Assembly: GCA_038087875.1 (NCBI GenBank)
Contig: CM075982.1
Location: 37,882,001 to 37,946,000, forward strand
Reading direction: 5' to 3'
Length of the DNA: 64,000 bases
From: Malacoraja senta
Taxonomy: Eukaryota
A program made the position numbers and the translations under genes. Shown piece by piece: positions 51,698-64,000 of this stretch (position 1 is its first letter; every line of letters starts with the position of its first letter). The notes under the pieces were generated by a model. It did not search any database and was not told where the DNA came from. It worked only from the letters and a program-made list of their open reading frames with translations.

Positions 51698-52339
51698 TAC
51701 ATGATATAATTTTTCCTGTGCATGTGCATTCAAGTTCCTCAGAATATTAATATTTAATGGCATTTCAATGTCATTTTTTAAATTCTGATTTTACATCTTC
51801 ATATTAAAATGTATGCATCATGCTTCCCCGCATACACTCCATCTGCCATCTCCTGGCCAGTTGATTAAACGTATTTCTATTCCTACACAGTTTCTTTATG
51901 CTATCCTCATAGGTCGTTTTGCCTCCACCTTTCTTTGTATTGTCAGCAAGCATGATTGCACTTAGTCTCTTTATCAAAGTTAACTGATATAGATTGTAAA
52001 TACAATAAAACGTCTTTAATCGGGCCCACTCATGACTTTGGAGCTGAGCGTAGTTTTTTTCAGATCATTGGGAATATTCCCATTAATACTAAAATACAAT
52101 TTCAATTCATTTTATTTTCGTGTCACACGGTAGAATAACAATGTTCCAGAGAATCCAGTTAAAGGAAATGTGGGAACTTAATGAGTTTAAAGTGAGGAAC
52201 CAAGGCCTCAAAGTTTTAATGGAGGCTGGTAAGCAGAACCATGAATTGGAGGCTCAGTGAGTTTAAAGGGAGTCAGGAGCTGGAACATCAGCCGGTGATC
52301 CAGGTGCTGAATCATTTTGGATTTCTGAATATCGGAGTA

Positions 52340-52636
52340 GTCAAGTCAAGTGAGTTTATTGTCATGTGTCCCTGATAGGACAATGAAATTCTTGCTTTGC
52401 TTCAGCACACAGAACATAGTAGGCATTTACTACAAAACAGATCAGTGTGTCCAAATACCATTATATAAATATATACACACATGAATAAATAAACTGATAA
52501 AGTGCAGATAACAGATAATGGGTTATTAATAATCAGAGTTTTGTCTGAGCCAGGTTTAATAGCCTGATGGCTGTGGGGAAGTAGCTATTCCTGAACCTGG
52601 TTGTTGCAATCTTCAGGCTCCTGTACCTTCTACCTG
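52340..52636 (-). mobile_element. Rex1 3' end fragment
   Basis: Near-identical to the 3' ends of the 21224 and 62351 copies. Confidence 0.85.
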
Positions 52637-54142
52637 TAGAGGATTATCAAACTTTACTATAGCTGATCTTTGACCTGATCTAGCATCCTGCTGGCATGGC
52701 TGTCAACAAGAGTTTCTGCTGCTGGTAGCCTCTCCTAATCTTCTTTCCATTTTAATACATTATCCCAAACACGATGCGATTTTTGTTTAACTGCTTTTTC
52801 TGTACCACATTACTAGATCCCATTTGAAAATCCAAACCTATCATTCCTCATTTTATTTACCCTGTTATTTAGATCCTTAAACATAATTCAAACACGATTT
52901 TCCCTTTGTAAAACTGTGCTTTGTTTGCAGAATCATTTTACGATTTTCCATGTGCTCTGTTACCTTGTCATTAATAATGGATTTCATTATTTGCCAGGCA
53001 ACTTCTGCCATACTGAATGTATTACAACTCTCCACTTTATGACTTCCTTCTGTCTACCTTCTTATTCACTAGGACCATTCCAGAGTTTTGGGGAATTCTG
53101 GAACCTTGTGAACAATGCATTCATTACATTTGTTGCTATCTCTTTGAGAATCATGAATTCAGCCTTACAAATCCAATGATCTTTCCATGATTAAGTCCAG
53201 TAATTTCTTTAACAATTGTTCCTTACTCTCATTAAATCCTTGGTTTCCCACTATATCTGGTAGATTATTTGGCTTCTGTGGAAAAAATACAAATACCTGT
53301 GCTACACAAAAAGTTGTGAAGCAAAAAAAGTTTCATGTTTAGGGTCATTATTATCAATATCCATATTTTATTTTGCATTTGAATTTTCCTGCCTCAGCCT
53401 CTAAGGGTTCCACATCGGCTTTCATTGATTTTTGTATAACTGGAGAAAGTCTTTCTTTTTATAATTCTTTCTATTTCGATCCAAGTCGAGGCCTGAGGGT
53501 CTTTACGGGAATGGTGGTGAGAATAGTGTTTGCTGAGGGTGCAATTTTTAGGCCCTTCTGATAATTGGGGTACAAGGTTTTGTTTATTAATTGTTGCATG
53601 TCACACAAGGCAAACTTGAAGCTTTGGAAGGAGTGAGGGAGATGGTGGTAGTGGGACAGAACTAGTGTCCAGCACTGATGGAACCTGGTCAGTTCATGAA
53701 TTATGATATGGAATTATGATATGATATTGCAGGTGAGTAACGAGAGAGGCAGTGAATGAATCTGGGGATCTCAGATATAGTAGTGTAGGAATGAAAAAAA
53801 TATATATAATATACTGTAACTTTGGGTGAATAGTAAAGAATGGTATTTGGCAAGAAAAATATTTGTAACTGAACAGTGGAGGGTTATTTGAGAATGGTAC
53901 GGTCAACAGTTGTAAGCTGTAGGCAGGATGAGAAGAGTTAGGAGAAATATTCTACCTTGGCAATAGTCGTATAAAATACCATTTGCGAAAGCTTATTTCA
54001 GTATGTCGGTAGAGTCGAAACCTATTTTGGAAAGTTCACATCAGTCATGTATCAACAGAGGGATCTGTCAGGATGAGTGGCTGCGAGTTAACATTTAATG
54101 ATGTGTTTATTTCCTTTCTCTCTCTCTCTTGCCCCCCTTTAG

Positions 54143-54283
54143 ATTCAGTTTGATATCACTAGAATAAAGCAGAAGATGAAGGAGCTTGCAAGTTTACATG
54201 ACAAGTACTTGAACCGACCTACATTGGATGACAGCACTGCAGAAGAGCACGCGATAGAGATCACCACCCAAGAAATAACTCAG
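54143..54283 (+). CDS. STX16: STX16 exon 4
   Basis: ctttag|[47 protein letters not shown]|gtaggg; 141 bp. Confidence 0.97.
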
Positions 54284-56550
54284 GTAGGGAATACTGAGGC
54301 AGCTGTAACAGAGAGGAAATGTTTAGAAGGCGAGATAAGGGAGCACAATATGACCCTCAATTGGTAAGTCAATGTTTGTTTTCATAGGTTGGAGCATTGA
54401 GTGTAAAAGTCAGGAAGTCATGATGCAGCTTTATAGGAGTTTGTTTAGGCTGCATTTGGAGCATTGTGTGCAGTTCTTGTCGCCCCATTACAGTAAGGAT
54501 GTGGAGGCTTTGGAAAGGGTGCAGAGGAGGTTTACCAGAATGAATTAGGGGGTATTGGCTACAGGTAAATGTTGGACAGACTTGGATTGTTTTCTCTGGA
54601 ATGCCAGAGGTTGTGGGGAGGCTTAATAGAGGAATATCAAATTATGAGGCAGATAACCTTTTTCCCAGGAGGCAAAAATCAAATACTAGAGGGCATAGCT
54701 TTAAGGTGAGAGGGCAGAGTTTAAAGGAAAGGATGGTGGTCCCTTCAATGCGCTGCCGGGGTTGGTGGTTGAGACAGATACGAAAGTGGCATTTAAGAGA
54801 CTTTTGGATAGGCATACGGATATGCAGGGAATGTAGGGATATGGATTATGTACAGATACATAAGAGGTGGTTTTGGCATCATGTTCAGCACATAGTGAGG
54901 CGAACTTGTGTTGTACAGTTCTATGTTCTATTTAAGAGGTTTTGGACATCTGCACATGTGGAATCATCATCTCTATATCATATTCCTTTTCCCCATACCT
55001 GTACTTTTTCTCAATTCACTTATTTTTGCTGCTGGTGTTTCTCAATTATTAGTTAGTGAGATGCACACGTTTCATCGGCAGTACCCATAATTAGTCGTCA
55101 CTCATGCTGATTATTTTGTTTAATGACCTGGCTTGATGTACTTATAGCTTGCACGCTGGAAGTCCTTGAATGTAGGACCTTCCTGGATATTATTAAAGGA
55201 TCATAAAATGGCATATTTCCCAAATGATTTAACATAGAAAGGGGTTTTGTTCAAAATAACTAACCCTGTGTTTCTGCCATGGCTGTGAAAGGTCATGGAC
55301 ACAAAGCTTTAAGGAAATGTTCTTTTTAGTCACAAGATATGAGTGCTTCTACCAAGCTAACTGTTGGTGTGTTCACTGCATCAGAATGAATTAATATTCG
55401 GTATCATTTCCACTGTTACCAAAGCTTCCTTTAATATAACAATATTTATAAGAAAAACTGTGTGAATAGAAAAAAGGGAATATTGATCAGCTCCATTATC
55501 AACAGCTTATTTTTTTGAACAACTACTAATGGCAAGTATTAATGTTTAAATTATGAAATAGCAGACAATCCTTGCCTTCAAGAAAGGTACTTGGGATACC
55601 ATAAGTAAATCATATTTAATTGATGATAAGCGGTGGGGTTGTGAAAGCAGGCGGATTGGTACCTTATCCAGCTGCTAAATACCAATGCTGAGAACCTGAT
55701 TTCACATGGGACAAGGTGAATTCGTGCTGGGGTTTGTCTTTTTGCAACTTTGGGATCATCGAGTAATGTGGCATGGTAAGGAACCCTTCAACCCACCAAG
55801 CAGATGCCTACCATCAAGCAACCAACTACACGAACACCACATTACTCTACCCATGTACCTAGCAACTCCTCCCCGATGCTACCATCTCACCATGATACCA
55901 TGGCAATTTACAGTGCTGAATTAAGTTACTGACTTACAAACCTTGGGGTGTAGGAAGAAAAAGGAGCACAAGGGAGACACCACATGGTTACAATGAGAAC
56001 ATGCAACCCCTACACAGAGAGCACCTGATGTCAGGATTTAACCTGTTTGCTGGAGATATGAGGTAACAGCTCTACCTCCCATAGAGATTGAGTGTAATAG
56101 AGATATTAGATTGAAGCAAAGATACTAGAGGAGCTCCTTTAGTATCTTTGGATTGAAGTGCACACCTGCATTCTAATTATGCAAAATGTAACATTTCACT
56201 ACATTGAGGAAGGGAAGAACAATGGAGGACCCGGTGTGGGGGCAACTGTTGGGGGTGGTGGGGGGGGGGAGACAAAGGGAGGAGGCGGCGTGCTTTGTAA
56301 CTTTGTCAGTGCCACAGGTGGCTGCTATTTGGATACATTGTGTATGTAAGCAAAGAATATCAATGCCTTATCACATGTGACAATAAAGTATTCCTATTCC
56401 TATGTACATGCTTCAATAATTGAGGTAAAGAATAAGTAGGGCCACAATTGTGTGCATAAAGTATACACATTTCCTGATGGTGATTTGTGGGTTGTGTGAG
56501 GTGGATTGGATGTCCTCACTCTTCTACCATTGTTCCCTGTTCCCCTATAG

Positions 56551-56713
56551 ATGTTCCACAGGTGTCAGCGTTCGGTGCAGAACCTGCAGAGCAAAGGACG
56601 AAGCTGCACAGAGCAGGAAGAGCGGGTCCTTCGAAATGTTGTTTCTTCTCTTGCACAAGCTCTTCAGGATCTGTCAACCACCTTTCGACATGCCCAGTCT
56701 TCTTACCTCAAAC
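56551..56713 (+). CDS. STX16: STX16 exon 5
   Basis: cctatag|[54 protein letters not shown]+C|gtaagc; 163 bp. Confidence 0.97.
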
Positions 56714-59254
56714 GTAAGCATTCAAAGATGGGGCAATGTGTTGGAGTGTCAGAGGCTGAGGGTAAACCTGAGAGAAGTTTATAAAGTTGTGGGAGGAATA
56801 GATAGGGTAAACAGTGGAATGCTTTTCCCAATTTGGAAATGTCAAATATTACAATAGACAATAGACAATAGACGATTACCTTCAGGTAAGGGGGAGAAAG
56901 TTTAAAGGAGAAGTTTTTTTAGACAGAAAGGTAGGTGCCTGGAATGCATTGATGGTGGTGGAAGCAGATGCAATAGTGGTTTGGGATGCTTTTAGATAGG
57001 CACATGAATATGTAGAGAATGGAGGGATATGGAACATCTGCAGGCAGGATTTGACATCCTATTTAATACGGACATCATAGGCTGAAGTGTCTGTTCCTCC
57101 ACTGTACTGATGTAAGTTCTATGTTCTTTGATTCAAATAACACTTTTTGGATATAATTTACCTCTCGTGTAAAGTGCAAACAATGCTTTCTAAAACAGTA
57201 CGAAGGATGATATTCACTGGTATTTCGTCTCAGAATAGAGGCATGGCCAAATGTCACCTGTAGACTAAAAATTGGCTGCGGTTGATTATGTTTGCCCAAC
57301 TGTTGACAAGCAGGCAAAATGCTTTAGTGAGCTCTTTTATTTAGTTTAACAGTTTCCAAGGTAAGTTGGCATTGGCAAATGCTGTGAAATTCATCTTTGA
57401 TCTGTAGCACTAAACTCATTGCACAGCAGTAGCAGGTGGTATTGTCTGCCACCACTGTGCACCATATTTATTACTGTGGACTGGTGATGAATTTATAGGC
57501 ATCTGAATCCTAAAGCAGACGCCAAATTAATTTGTCCTGTTTTCTTAACTAAAATATTCTGTCTTCATGAGGTATCTTTGACAGTGGTGATTATTTTTTT
57601 GGACAATCATTATAAGTGCCTCTCACCTTTACACCTGTTTTTTGCTCATTATTTTCTATCTTTATTCCCCAGCTGCAGATCTCCGATCTCTTGCTAGTGA
57701 ACCATCATTTAATTTGCCACGAGGCAAGATAATCTAAACAAATTTAATCTCCACTGTTTCGGCCCGAAACGTTACCTATTTCCTTCGCTCCATAGATGCT
57801 GCTGCACCCGCTGAGTTTCTCCAGCATTTTTGTGTACCTAATCTCTCCACTGTTTTGTTTTGTTTATCCACCCATTCATATATGTCTGCTTTGTACCCTC
57901 ACCAAGGCTACTTAAAGTCTGATGTCCAGAAATAAACATACTGCTCCAGCCAATGACAATAACAAATGTTGGAAACGTTCAACAGATCAGGTAGCATCTG
58001 TGGAAAGAGAAACACCTGAAGTCAGAGGTCCCCTTGTCAGAGCTGTTCTGATGAAGGATCTTTCTCTGTTTGTCTCTCGCCTGAGAAACCTCAGTACTTC
58101 ACACCCAGGCAGTTAAAAGGAAAGCCAATCTCATTACACAGGATCCCACCCACCCCCTGCACAAGTCCTTCCAACTTCTGCCATCAGGCCGCCGATATAA
58201 AGTTCCCCTATCTAAGAAAAACATCCACAAAAACTCATTCATACCCATTGCCATAAACAGCTTAAATAAAAAATGAACAATGGACAAATTAACCCTGACG
58301 CACTGTCACTTTACACGTATCCACAACTTTCATCTTGTCTATTTTTACAGTTTTTAATCCTTATACTTACTTTTAAGATCTATACACACGGTGTGTGCTC
58401 GCAGAAATCTGTGTTGTATGACTGCTTATCAGTACATTGTCCTGTTTGTATGTTGAGCCACGCCAAAGAAGATTTTCTGTTACGACAGACAATAAAGTTT
58501 TCTGAATCTGAATCTGAACCTCACCTGTTTCTCTGTTTGCCTCTCGCCTTTCCAGCATTTCCTGTTCTTTGTCTCAGATTTTCAAGCACCAGCAGCTTTT
58601 GGTTTTCACACTAGTCTAGCTTATAAAGGTTCCTCAGGAACGGTGCCCATCCATTCCCTGCAGTGATGCTGCCTGTCTTGCTTTATTTTGCTCATGGTGG
58701 TACCACATTGTTTTTGCTTTTGATGCTCCATTCTTCAGTTTCTAAATCCTATGACTCCAACGTACATAGTTGGGGTTTTGAATAAAATCTGTAGGAGTGA
58801 TGAGTGTTCCAGCCCCACAATTATTGCTGTGTTTTAATAACATCTGGTATGAGGCATGTCTGGAGATTTATCCTTATGGTGAAATCCTCTGATTTCTTAC
58901 TTCTCTGGATTTAGCTGGAGTGGGCAGGAAATATCAGCAAAGGTCTGCATTTTTCATTATCCACTGCCTTCCGTAGATTGTGTATGTAGGTGACAAACGA
59001 CATAATAAGCTTGTCTATGAAGCAGCTTTCAGTAGAATGATTTTCCGACGTATCGCTCAATTGCACATGAGAACAGGTGAGGGATTGCATGACACCATCA
59101 TTTATATCTCGGAAATACTAAGCTTCTCTGGGTGAGCTGGGGATACAGTAAACCCTTGTTGTAATGGACCCCTTTATAACGGATTTTTAATATAGCGGAT
59201 GGATTTGCCAACGCCTCCCTGGCTCGCACCCTCTCCCCAGCCCCGGCTTCTGCC

Positions 59255-59430
59255 GGCACACCAGCCCGCAAGGTGCACCAGCAAGCCTTCCTTCACCCAC
59301 CGCCATGTCCGGTTGACACGGCTGTTCATGCAGCTCGGGTTATAGCCCCTTGGACAGCGCTTTCTTCAGGCTGTCATTACTGACAGGTCGTGCTCGGTCA
59401 CCATGGGGCTCTTTCCCCTCTTACCAGCTG
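59255..59430 (-). pseudogene. Histone H1 globular-domain fragment
   Basis: PMVTEHDLSV / LKKALSKG / NSRVNRTWRWVKEGLLVH with frameshifts. Confidence 0.7.
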
Positions 59431-59470
59431 ACATGAAGGAGGTGGTGGATTGGGAGGAGACAAAGCGCCG

Positions 59471-59623
59471 GGTGAGAGGGAAGGGAGCTCCACGGTGACC
59501 GAATGTGTTCTGTTAGTAGTGGCGGTCTGAGGAAAGCGCTGCTGGCCAGGGGCTACATCGTGAGCTGTAACAACAGCCACTTCAACCAGACTGTGCGGCA
59601 GCTGGTGAAGAAGGGCTCGCTGA
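59471..59623 (+). pseudogene. Histone H1 globular-domain fragment
   Basis: STVTECVLLV / LRKALLARGYIVSCNNSHFNQTVRQLVKKGSL; compare H1 [20 protein letters not shown]...LVxKGTL. Confidence 0.8.
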
Positions 59624-60779
59624 TTGAACAGTGGAGTAGACTTGATGGGCCGAATGGCCTAATTCTGCTCCAATCACTTGTGAAGGGTCCCAATGTCATC
59701 TCTCCATGTTCTCCAGAGATGCTGTCTGACCTGCTGAGTTACTCCAGCACTTTGTGTATTAACCATCATATGGTTCTTTGTTTCAACCATACATAGTGAT
59801 ATAACGTACTTGGTTATAGCGGACAATCGGCAATAACAGACACCATTACCACCCCCACCCACGCCCCATTGTGCGTTACAACAAGGGTCTACTGTACTTG
59901 AAGAAGAATACAAGGGGAGTCTGCGGTGCTCTTTTTTATGACCCTGTCCTGATTCAGCAAATGGATGAAATGGGTTCCAAACAAATAAAATACCTTTGCA
60001 GGAAATATTAAATGTAAATTCTGAAAATGTTAGCAAATTAATGTGCAGAAATGCTTTCAGTCTTAATGAAAGTCACTAACATAAAATATTGACAGTTCTG
60101 TCTCCTCAGAGAATATTTCATATGCCAACAATTCCCAAAATTTCTTCCCTAATTTCACATAGAACATTGAACAGTACAGCACAGGAACGGGCTCATCAAC
60201 CCACAATGTTTGCATCGAATATGATGCCAAGTTATACTGATCTCATCTGCCTGTAAATGATCCATATCCCTCTGTTCCTTGCACCTCCGTGTGTCTATCT
60301 ATAAGCCTCTTAAACGCCACAATAGTATTTGCCTCCACCGCCACCTCTGGCAATGTGTTCCACCACTTTCTGTAAAAAAAATCATGCACTCACATCTCTT
60401 TTAAACTTCCCCCCTCTTATAGCTATGCCCAGTGGTGTTGGGCAATTCCACACTGGAAAAAAGGGTTTTGACCGTCTACCATATCTATGCCTCTCATAAT
60501 TTTATAAACTTCTATCAAATCGCTTCTCAACCTCCGGTTCCAGAGAAAACAGTCCATCTATCCAACCAGTCTCTGTAGCTCTAGCCCTCTAATCCAGGCA
60601 GCAGTTTGGTAAACTACTTCTCCAAAGCCTTCACATCTTCCCCATAATGGGGCGACCAAACTGCATATAATACTCCATATGCGGCCTAACCGAAGTCCTT
60701 TGGAGTTGCATCATCATGTTTTCTTTTGTTTTACCGGCTTGGTCAATTCCAGTAAGAGGATTTTTGTTTCATGCCATAG

Positions 60780-60871
60780 GTTTGAAGAATCGAGAAGAAC
60801 GATCGAAACATTTTTTTGACACATCGGTGCCGCTAATGGATGATGCTGAAGACGACACCCTATATGACAAG
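60780..60871 (+). CDS. STX16: STX16 exon 6
   Basis: ccatag|GT+[30 protein letters not shown]|gtgggc; 92 bp, phase matches exon 5. Confidence 0.96.
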
Positions 60872-61237
60872 GTGGGCCTATAGGTGAATCATTCAGAGTA
60901 CGTACATTCAAATCCCACCAGCGCTGATCAAGTGTTTGAGTTCAGTTTTAAGAAAAATCTGTGAATAAGAAAGCTTATACAGGCACTCCCCGACCTACTT
61001 AATAGGCGTGTTATGTAAACTCACACTTGCGTAAACTATTCACAACAGGTGGTCCCGTTTCCTGAATGATCCGTGTTCTTGAAATGGGAGGATGGCGAGA
61101 ACTTCCCGTCCACCTCATAGATATAAAAGCGTTGCCTGGGTTTCTAGCCTTCTAGTTTTGGCCACTGTCGGTGCGACATTGGGAAGGTGAGTGAGAAAGA
61201 GGGAGGTTTTTGCTGAGTCGCCAACATCTTCCACAAG

Positions 61238-61494
61238 ATGTAGCAGAGCGCCCTTCTTCATCAGCTGCTGCACCGTCCGGTTAACGCGACTGTTGCGGCT
61301 CATGTCGTAGCCCTCGGCTGACAACACTTTCTTTAGGCTGCTGCCACTGAGAGGATGCGCTTGGTCACTGGGGCTCCCTTCCCTCTCACCAGCTGCTGCT
61401 TCTTCCTGTTGGCTATCATTTTATCCACTCTGCTGCTCCGCCGCTTCCCCCCTCCAACACCATCTCCTCCTCCTCCTCCCTTGGTCACCGACAT
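61238..61494 (-). pseudogene. Histone H1-like 5' fragment (ATG, basic N-tail, globular domain)
   Basis: MSVTKGGGGGDGVGGGKRRSSRVDKMIANRKKQQLVRGKGAPVTKRILSVAA, then frameshift to LKKVLSAEGYDMSRNSRVNRTVQQLMKKGALLH. Confidence 0.82.
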
Positions 61495-61509
61495 ATTCCA
61501 AGATGGAAT

Positions 61510-61768
61510 ATGTCGGTGACAGTGGGAGGAGATGACTGTGGAGGGGGGGAAGCGGACAAAGTGACGGCTGACGGGAAGAAGTAGCAGCTGGTGAGAGGAG
61601 AGGGGGCCCCATGATGATTGAGCGCATCATCTCAGTGTCAGTGGCCTGAAGAATGCACTGTCAACCGAGGCCAACAACATGAGCCGTTACAACAGCCGTG
61701 TCAACCGACCGGTGCAGCAGCTGGTGAAGAAGGGCTCACCAGTGCAGACCAGCGGCATCAGTGCCTAG
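61510..61768 (+). pseudogene. Histone H1-like 5' fragment
   Basis: MSVT...GPMMIERIISV / GLKNALSTEANNMSRYNSRVNRPVQQLVKKGSPVQTSGISA. Confidence 0.82.
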
Positions 61769-62160
61769 TTTTAAGGTGAAACAACACAAAATTCTAGAGT
61801 AACTCAACATACGGAATCAGTCAGAAGAAGGGTTCAGACCAAAACATAACCTATCTATGTTCTCCAGCGATGCTGCCTGCTCCACGGAGCATCTAACACT
61901 TTATGTCATTTTGTATAAAAACCAGCATCTGCAGTTCTTTATATCTACCTAGTTTTAATATGATTCCGACTTGCATAAAAATCTGATTTTGGTAAGGGTT
62001 TACGAAACGTAACCTTTACAAAATCGGGGAGTGTCTGTATAAGAAGTGACTGTAAAATGCTCTATGTAAGAATCAACAGGTTTATATTTACCTCAACAAT
62101 TAACTTTTAACTTGGGTAGAATGAGCAAATCTCATCCAATAAGTTTGCACTGCCTTCTGT

Positions 62161-63757
62161 AGATGGCGGCGCCTTGCGGCAGCGGCCACTACAGTCCGTC
62201 TGTCTTTTCTTTTCTTTTTGTCCTGTTAGGTGTATGTTTTTGGTTTTATTTTAATTTTATTTTTAGCTGTGTATATATGGGGGGGCAGGGGGTTTGGGGA
62301 AACTTTTTAATCTCTTCCCTGCACGGGGGACTTGACCTTTTCCCTGTCGAGTCAAGTCAAGTCAAGTCAAGTGAGTTTATTGTCATGTGTCCCTGATAGG
62401 ACAATGAAATTCTTGCTTTGCTTCAGCACAACAGAACATAGTAGGCATTGACTACAAGGCATTCTATAAATATATACACACATGAATCAATATACTGATA
62501 AAGTGCAAATAACAGTTAATTAGCTAATATAGTTCAGTGTTTTATCCGAGCCAGGTTTAATAGCCTGATGGCTGTGGGGAAGTAGCTATTCCTGAACCTG
62601 GTCGTTGCAGTCTTCAGGCTCCTGTACCTTCTACCTGAAGGTAGTAGGGAGATGAGTGTGTGGCCAGGATGGTGTGGGTCCTTGATGATACTGCCAGCCT
62701 TTTTGAGGCAGCGACTGTGATAGATCCCCTCGATGGAAGGGAGGTCAGAGCCGATGATGGACTGGGCAGTGTTTACTACTTTTTGTAGTCTTTTCCTCTC
62801 CAGGGCGCTCAAGTTGCCGAACCAAGCCACGATGCAACCGGTCAGCATGCTCTCTACTGTGCACCTGTAGAAGTTAGAGAGAGTCCTCCTTGACAAACCG
62901 ACTCTCCGTAATCTTCTCAGGAAGTAAAGGCGCTGATGTGCTTTCTTAATAATGGCATCAGTGTTCTCGGACCAGGAAAGATCTTCAGAGATGTGCACGC
63001 CCAGGAATTTGAAGCTCTTGACCCTTTCAACCATCGACCCGTTGATATAAACGGGACTGTGGGTCCCCATCCTCCTCCTTCCAAAGTCAACAGTTTTGCT
63101 GGTGTTGAGGGCCAGGATATTGTGCTGGCACCATATGGACAGGCACCATATCTCCATTGTGCTGGCACCATATCTCCATTGTCGTTGGGGCCTAACATCG
63201 TGGAGCCGGCGGCCTCCAACCGGAATCGACCTGGGGCTCCAGTTGCAGAGCCTGTGGACTCACCATCGCGGACTTCGGACCGCGGAGCGCTGTAGTGGCG
63301 CACGGCCACGACCCAGCTTCGGAGGCTCCGGCTGCAGGCCCTGAGGACGGTAACATCGGGAGCTCGCGAGTCCTTGGTGGGAGACCGCTTTTCGGAGCTC
63401 CCGCCCGAATCGAGCGGTTTAAATCGACCCGGAGCAGGGCCTTACATCGCCTGGCGCGGCTTAAACGGCCGCGGGACTTACCATCGCCCGCCGGGGGCTC
63501 TAACATCAATAACCTTGATCAGCACGATGCAGCAGTTTGACTGCTTGACTGCGGGAGAAGAAGAATAAAGAACAGAGAACAGGGAAGAGATAAGACTTTT
63601 GCCTTTTCACAGTGAGGAGGTGTTTGGAGATTCACTGTGATGGATGTTTGTGTGGAATTATGTCAATTGTGTGATTTGTTTTTTTTGCAGTTCTGACTGC
63701 AGGAACGTAATCTCGTTTGAACGTTGTATGTTTAAATGACAATGAATGGCATCTATC
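62161..63757 (+). mobile_element. GC-rich non-autonomous retroelement interrupted by a Rex1 copy
   Basis: 5' AGATGGCGGCG (YY1-like); homology to the reverse complement of 29405-30273 on both sides of the insertion; AATGACAAT...(ATCT)n tail. Confidence 0.7.
62351..63136 (-). mobile_element. Rex1 3' fragment
   Basis: 207-aa RT C-terminal frame nearly identical to the 21424-22440 copy; (GACTT)n tail. Confidence 0.92.
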
Positions 63758-64000
63758 TTTTAAAAAATCTATCTAGAGTGTGTAAGAGAGAAATTTGGAT
63801 TTATGCACACCATGCCTTTTCCTTTTACAACATGCTAAATCCTAAATATTTTCAAATATTTTTTGCACCATAGGAGGCTATTCAGTTCATTGTGTGTGCT
63901 GGCCCTTACAACAATCCAATTTTCAGCCATTTAATTATATTGTTGTAATGATGTAAATTTAGCCACTAATTTGAGCACAGTAAAGTTGCACATAGCAGTT

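Larger units (their letters stand above)
59146..59894. mobile_element. pogo/Tigger-type TIR element 1 carrying inverted histone H1 fragments
   Basis: TA|CAGTAAACCCTTGTTGTAA ... TTACAACAAGGGTCTACTG|TA (18/19 match); subterminal TATAACG/TATAGCGGA repeats. Confidence 0.85.
60980..62037. mobile_element. pogo/Tigger-type TIR element 2 carrying inverted histone H1 fragments
   Basis: TA|CAGGCACTCCCCGA ... TCGGGGAGTGTCTG|TA (13/14 match). Contains a Penelope-type insertion at ~61776-61947 with TSD CCTAGTTTTAA. Confidence 0.82.

Noticed and set aside
54000-56000. Counterpart of the mammalian STX16 GNAS imprinting control element
   Set aside because: Nothing visible supports it; the flanks are largely CR1/SINE debris and an alignment would be needed
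59255-61768. Functional histone H1 gene cluster
   Set aside because: All four copies share a frameshifting deletion, lack the Lys-rich tail and histone stem-loop, and sit inside TIR elements

Overview
Vertebrate genomic DNA, most likely a cartilaginous fish (skate/ray-like; inferred from the repeat landscape). It carries two intron-containing + strand genes. VAPB is represented by its last four coding exons (3488-13180; poly(A) signal at 14147). STX16/syntaxin-16 is represented by its first six exons (ATG 31391; exon 7 onward not seen in the window), including a 12-nt ELDE microexon, a CpG island and a 24-bp VNTR just before the ATG. Most of the remainder is transposon debris: CR1, L2, Rex1, RTE, Penelope, Tc1, MITEs, a Helitron and tRNA-SINEs. 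Almost all ORFs in the supplied track are TE remnants or noise. The main hunt results are: (1) three copies of a ~135-140 bp TSD-flanked retroposon whose first nucleotide begins a minimal HDV-like self-cleaving ribozyme fold; (2) two different pogo/Tigger-type TIR elements that each carry a head-to-head pair of histone H1 fragments with the same lesion, one on each side of STX16 exon 6; (3) many short Penelope-type repeats carrying minimal hammerhead cores; (4) a candidate second STX16 microexon; (5) several templated-insertion scars. All calls were made by eye, without database searches.
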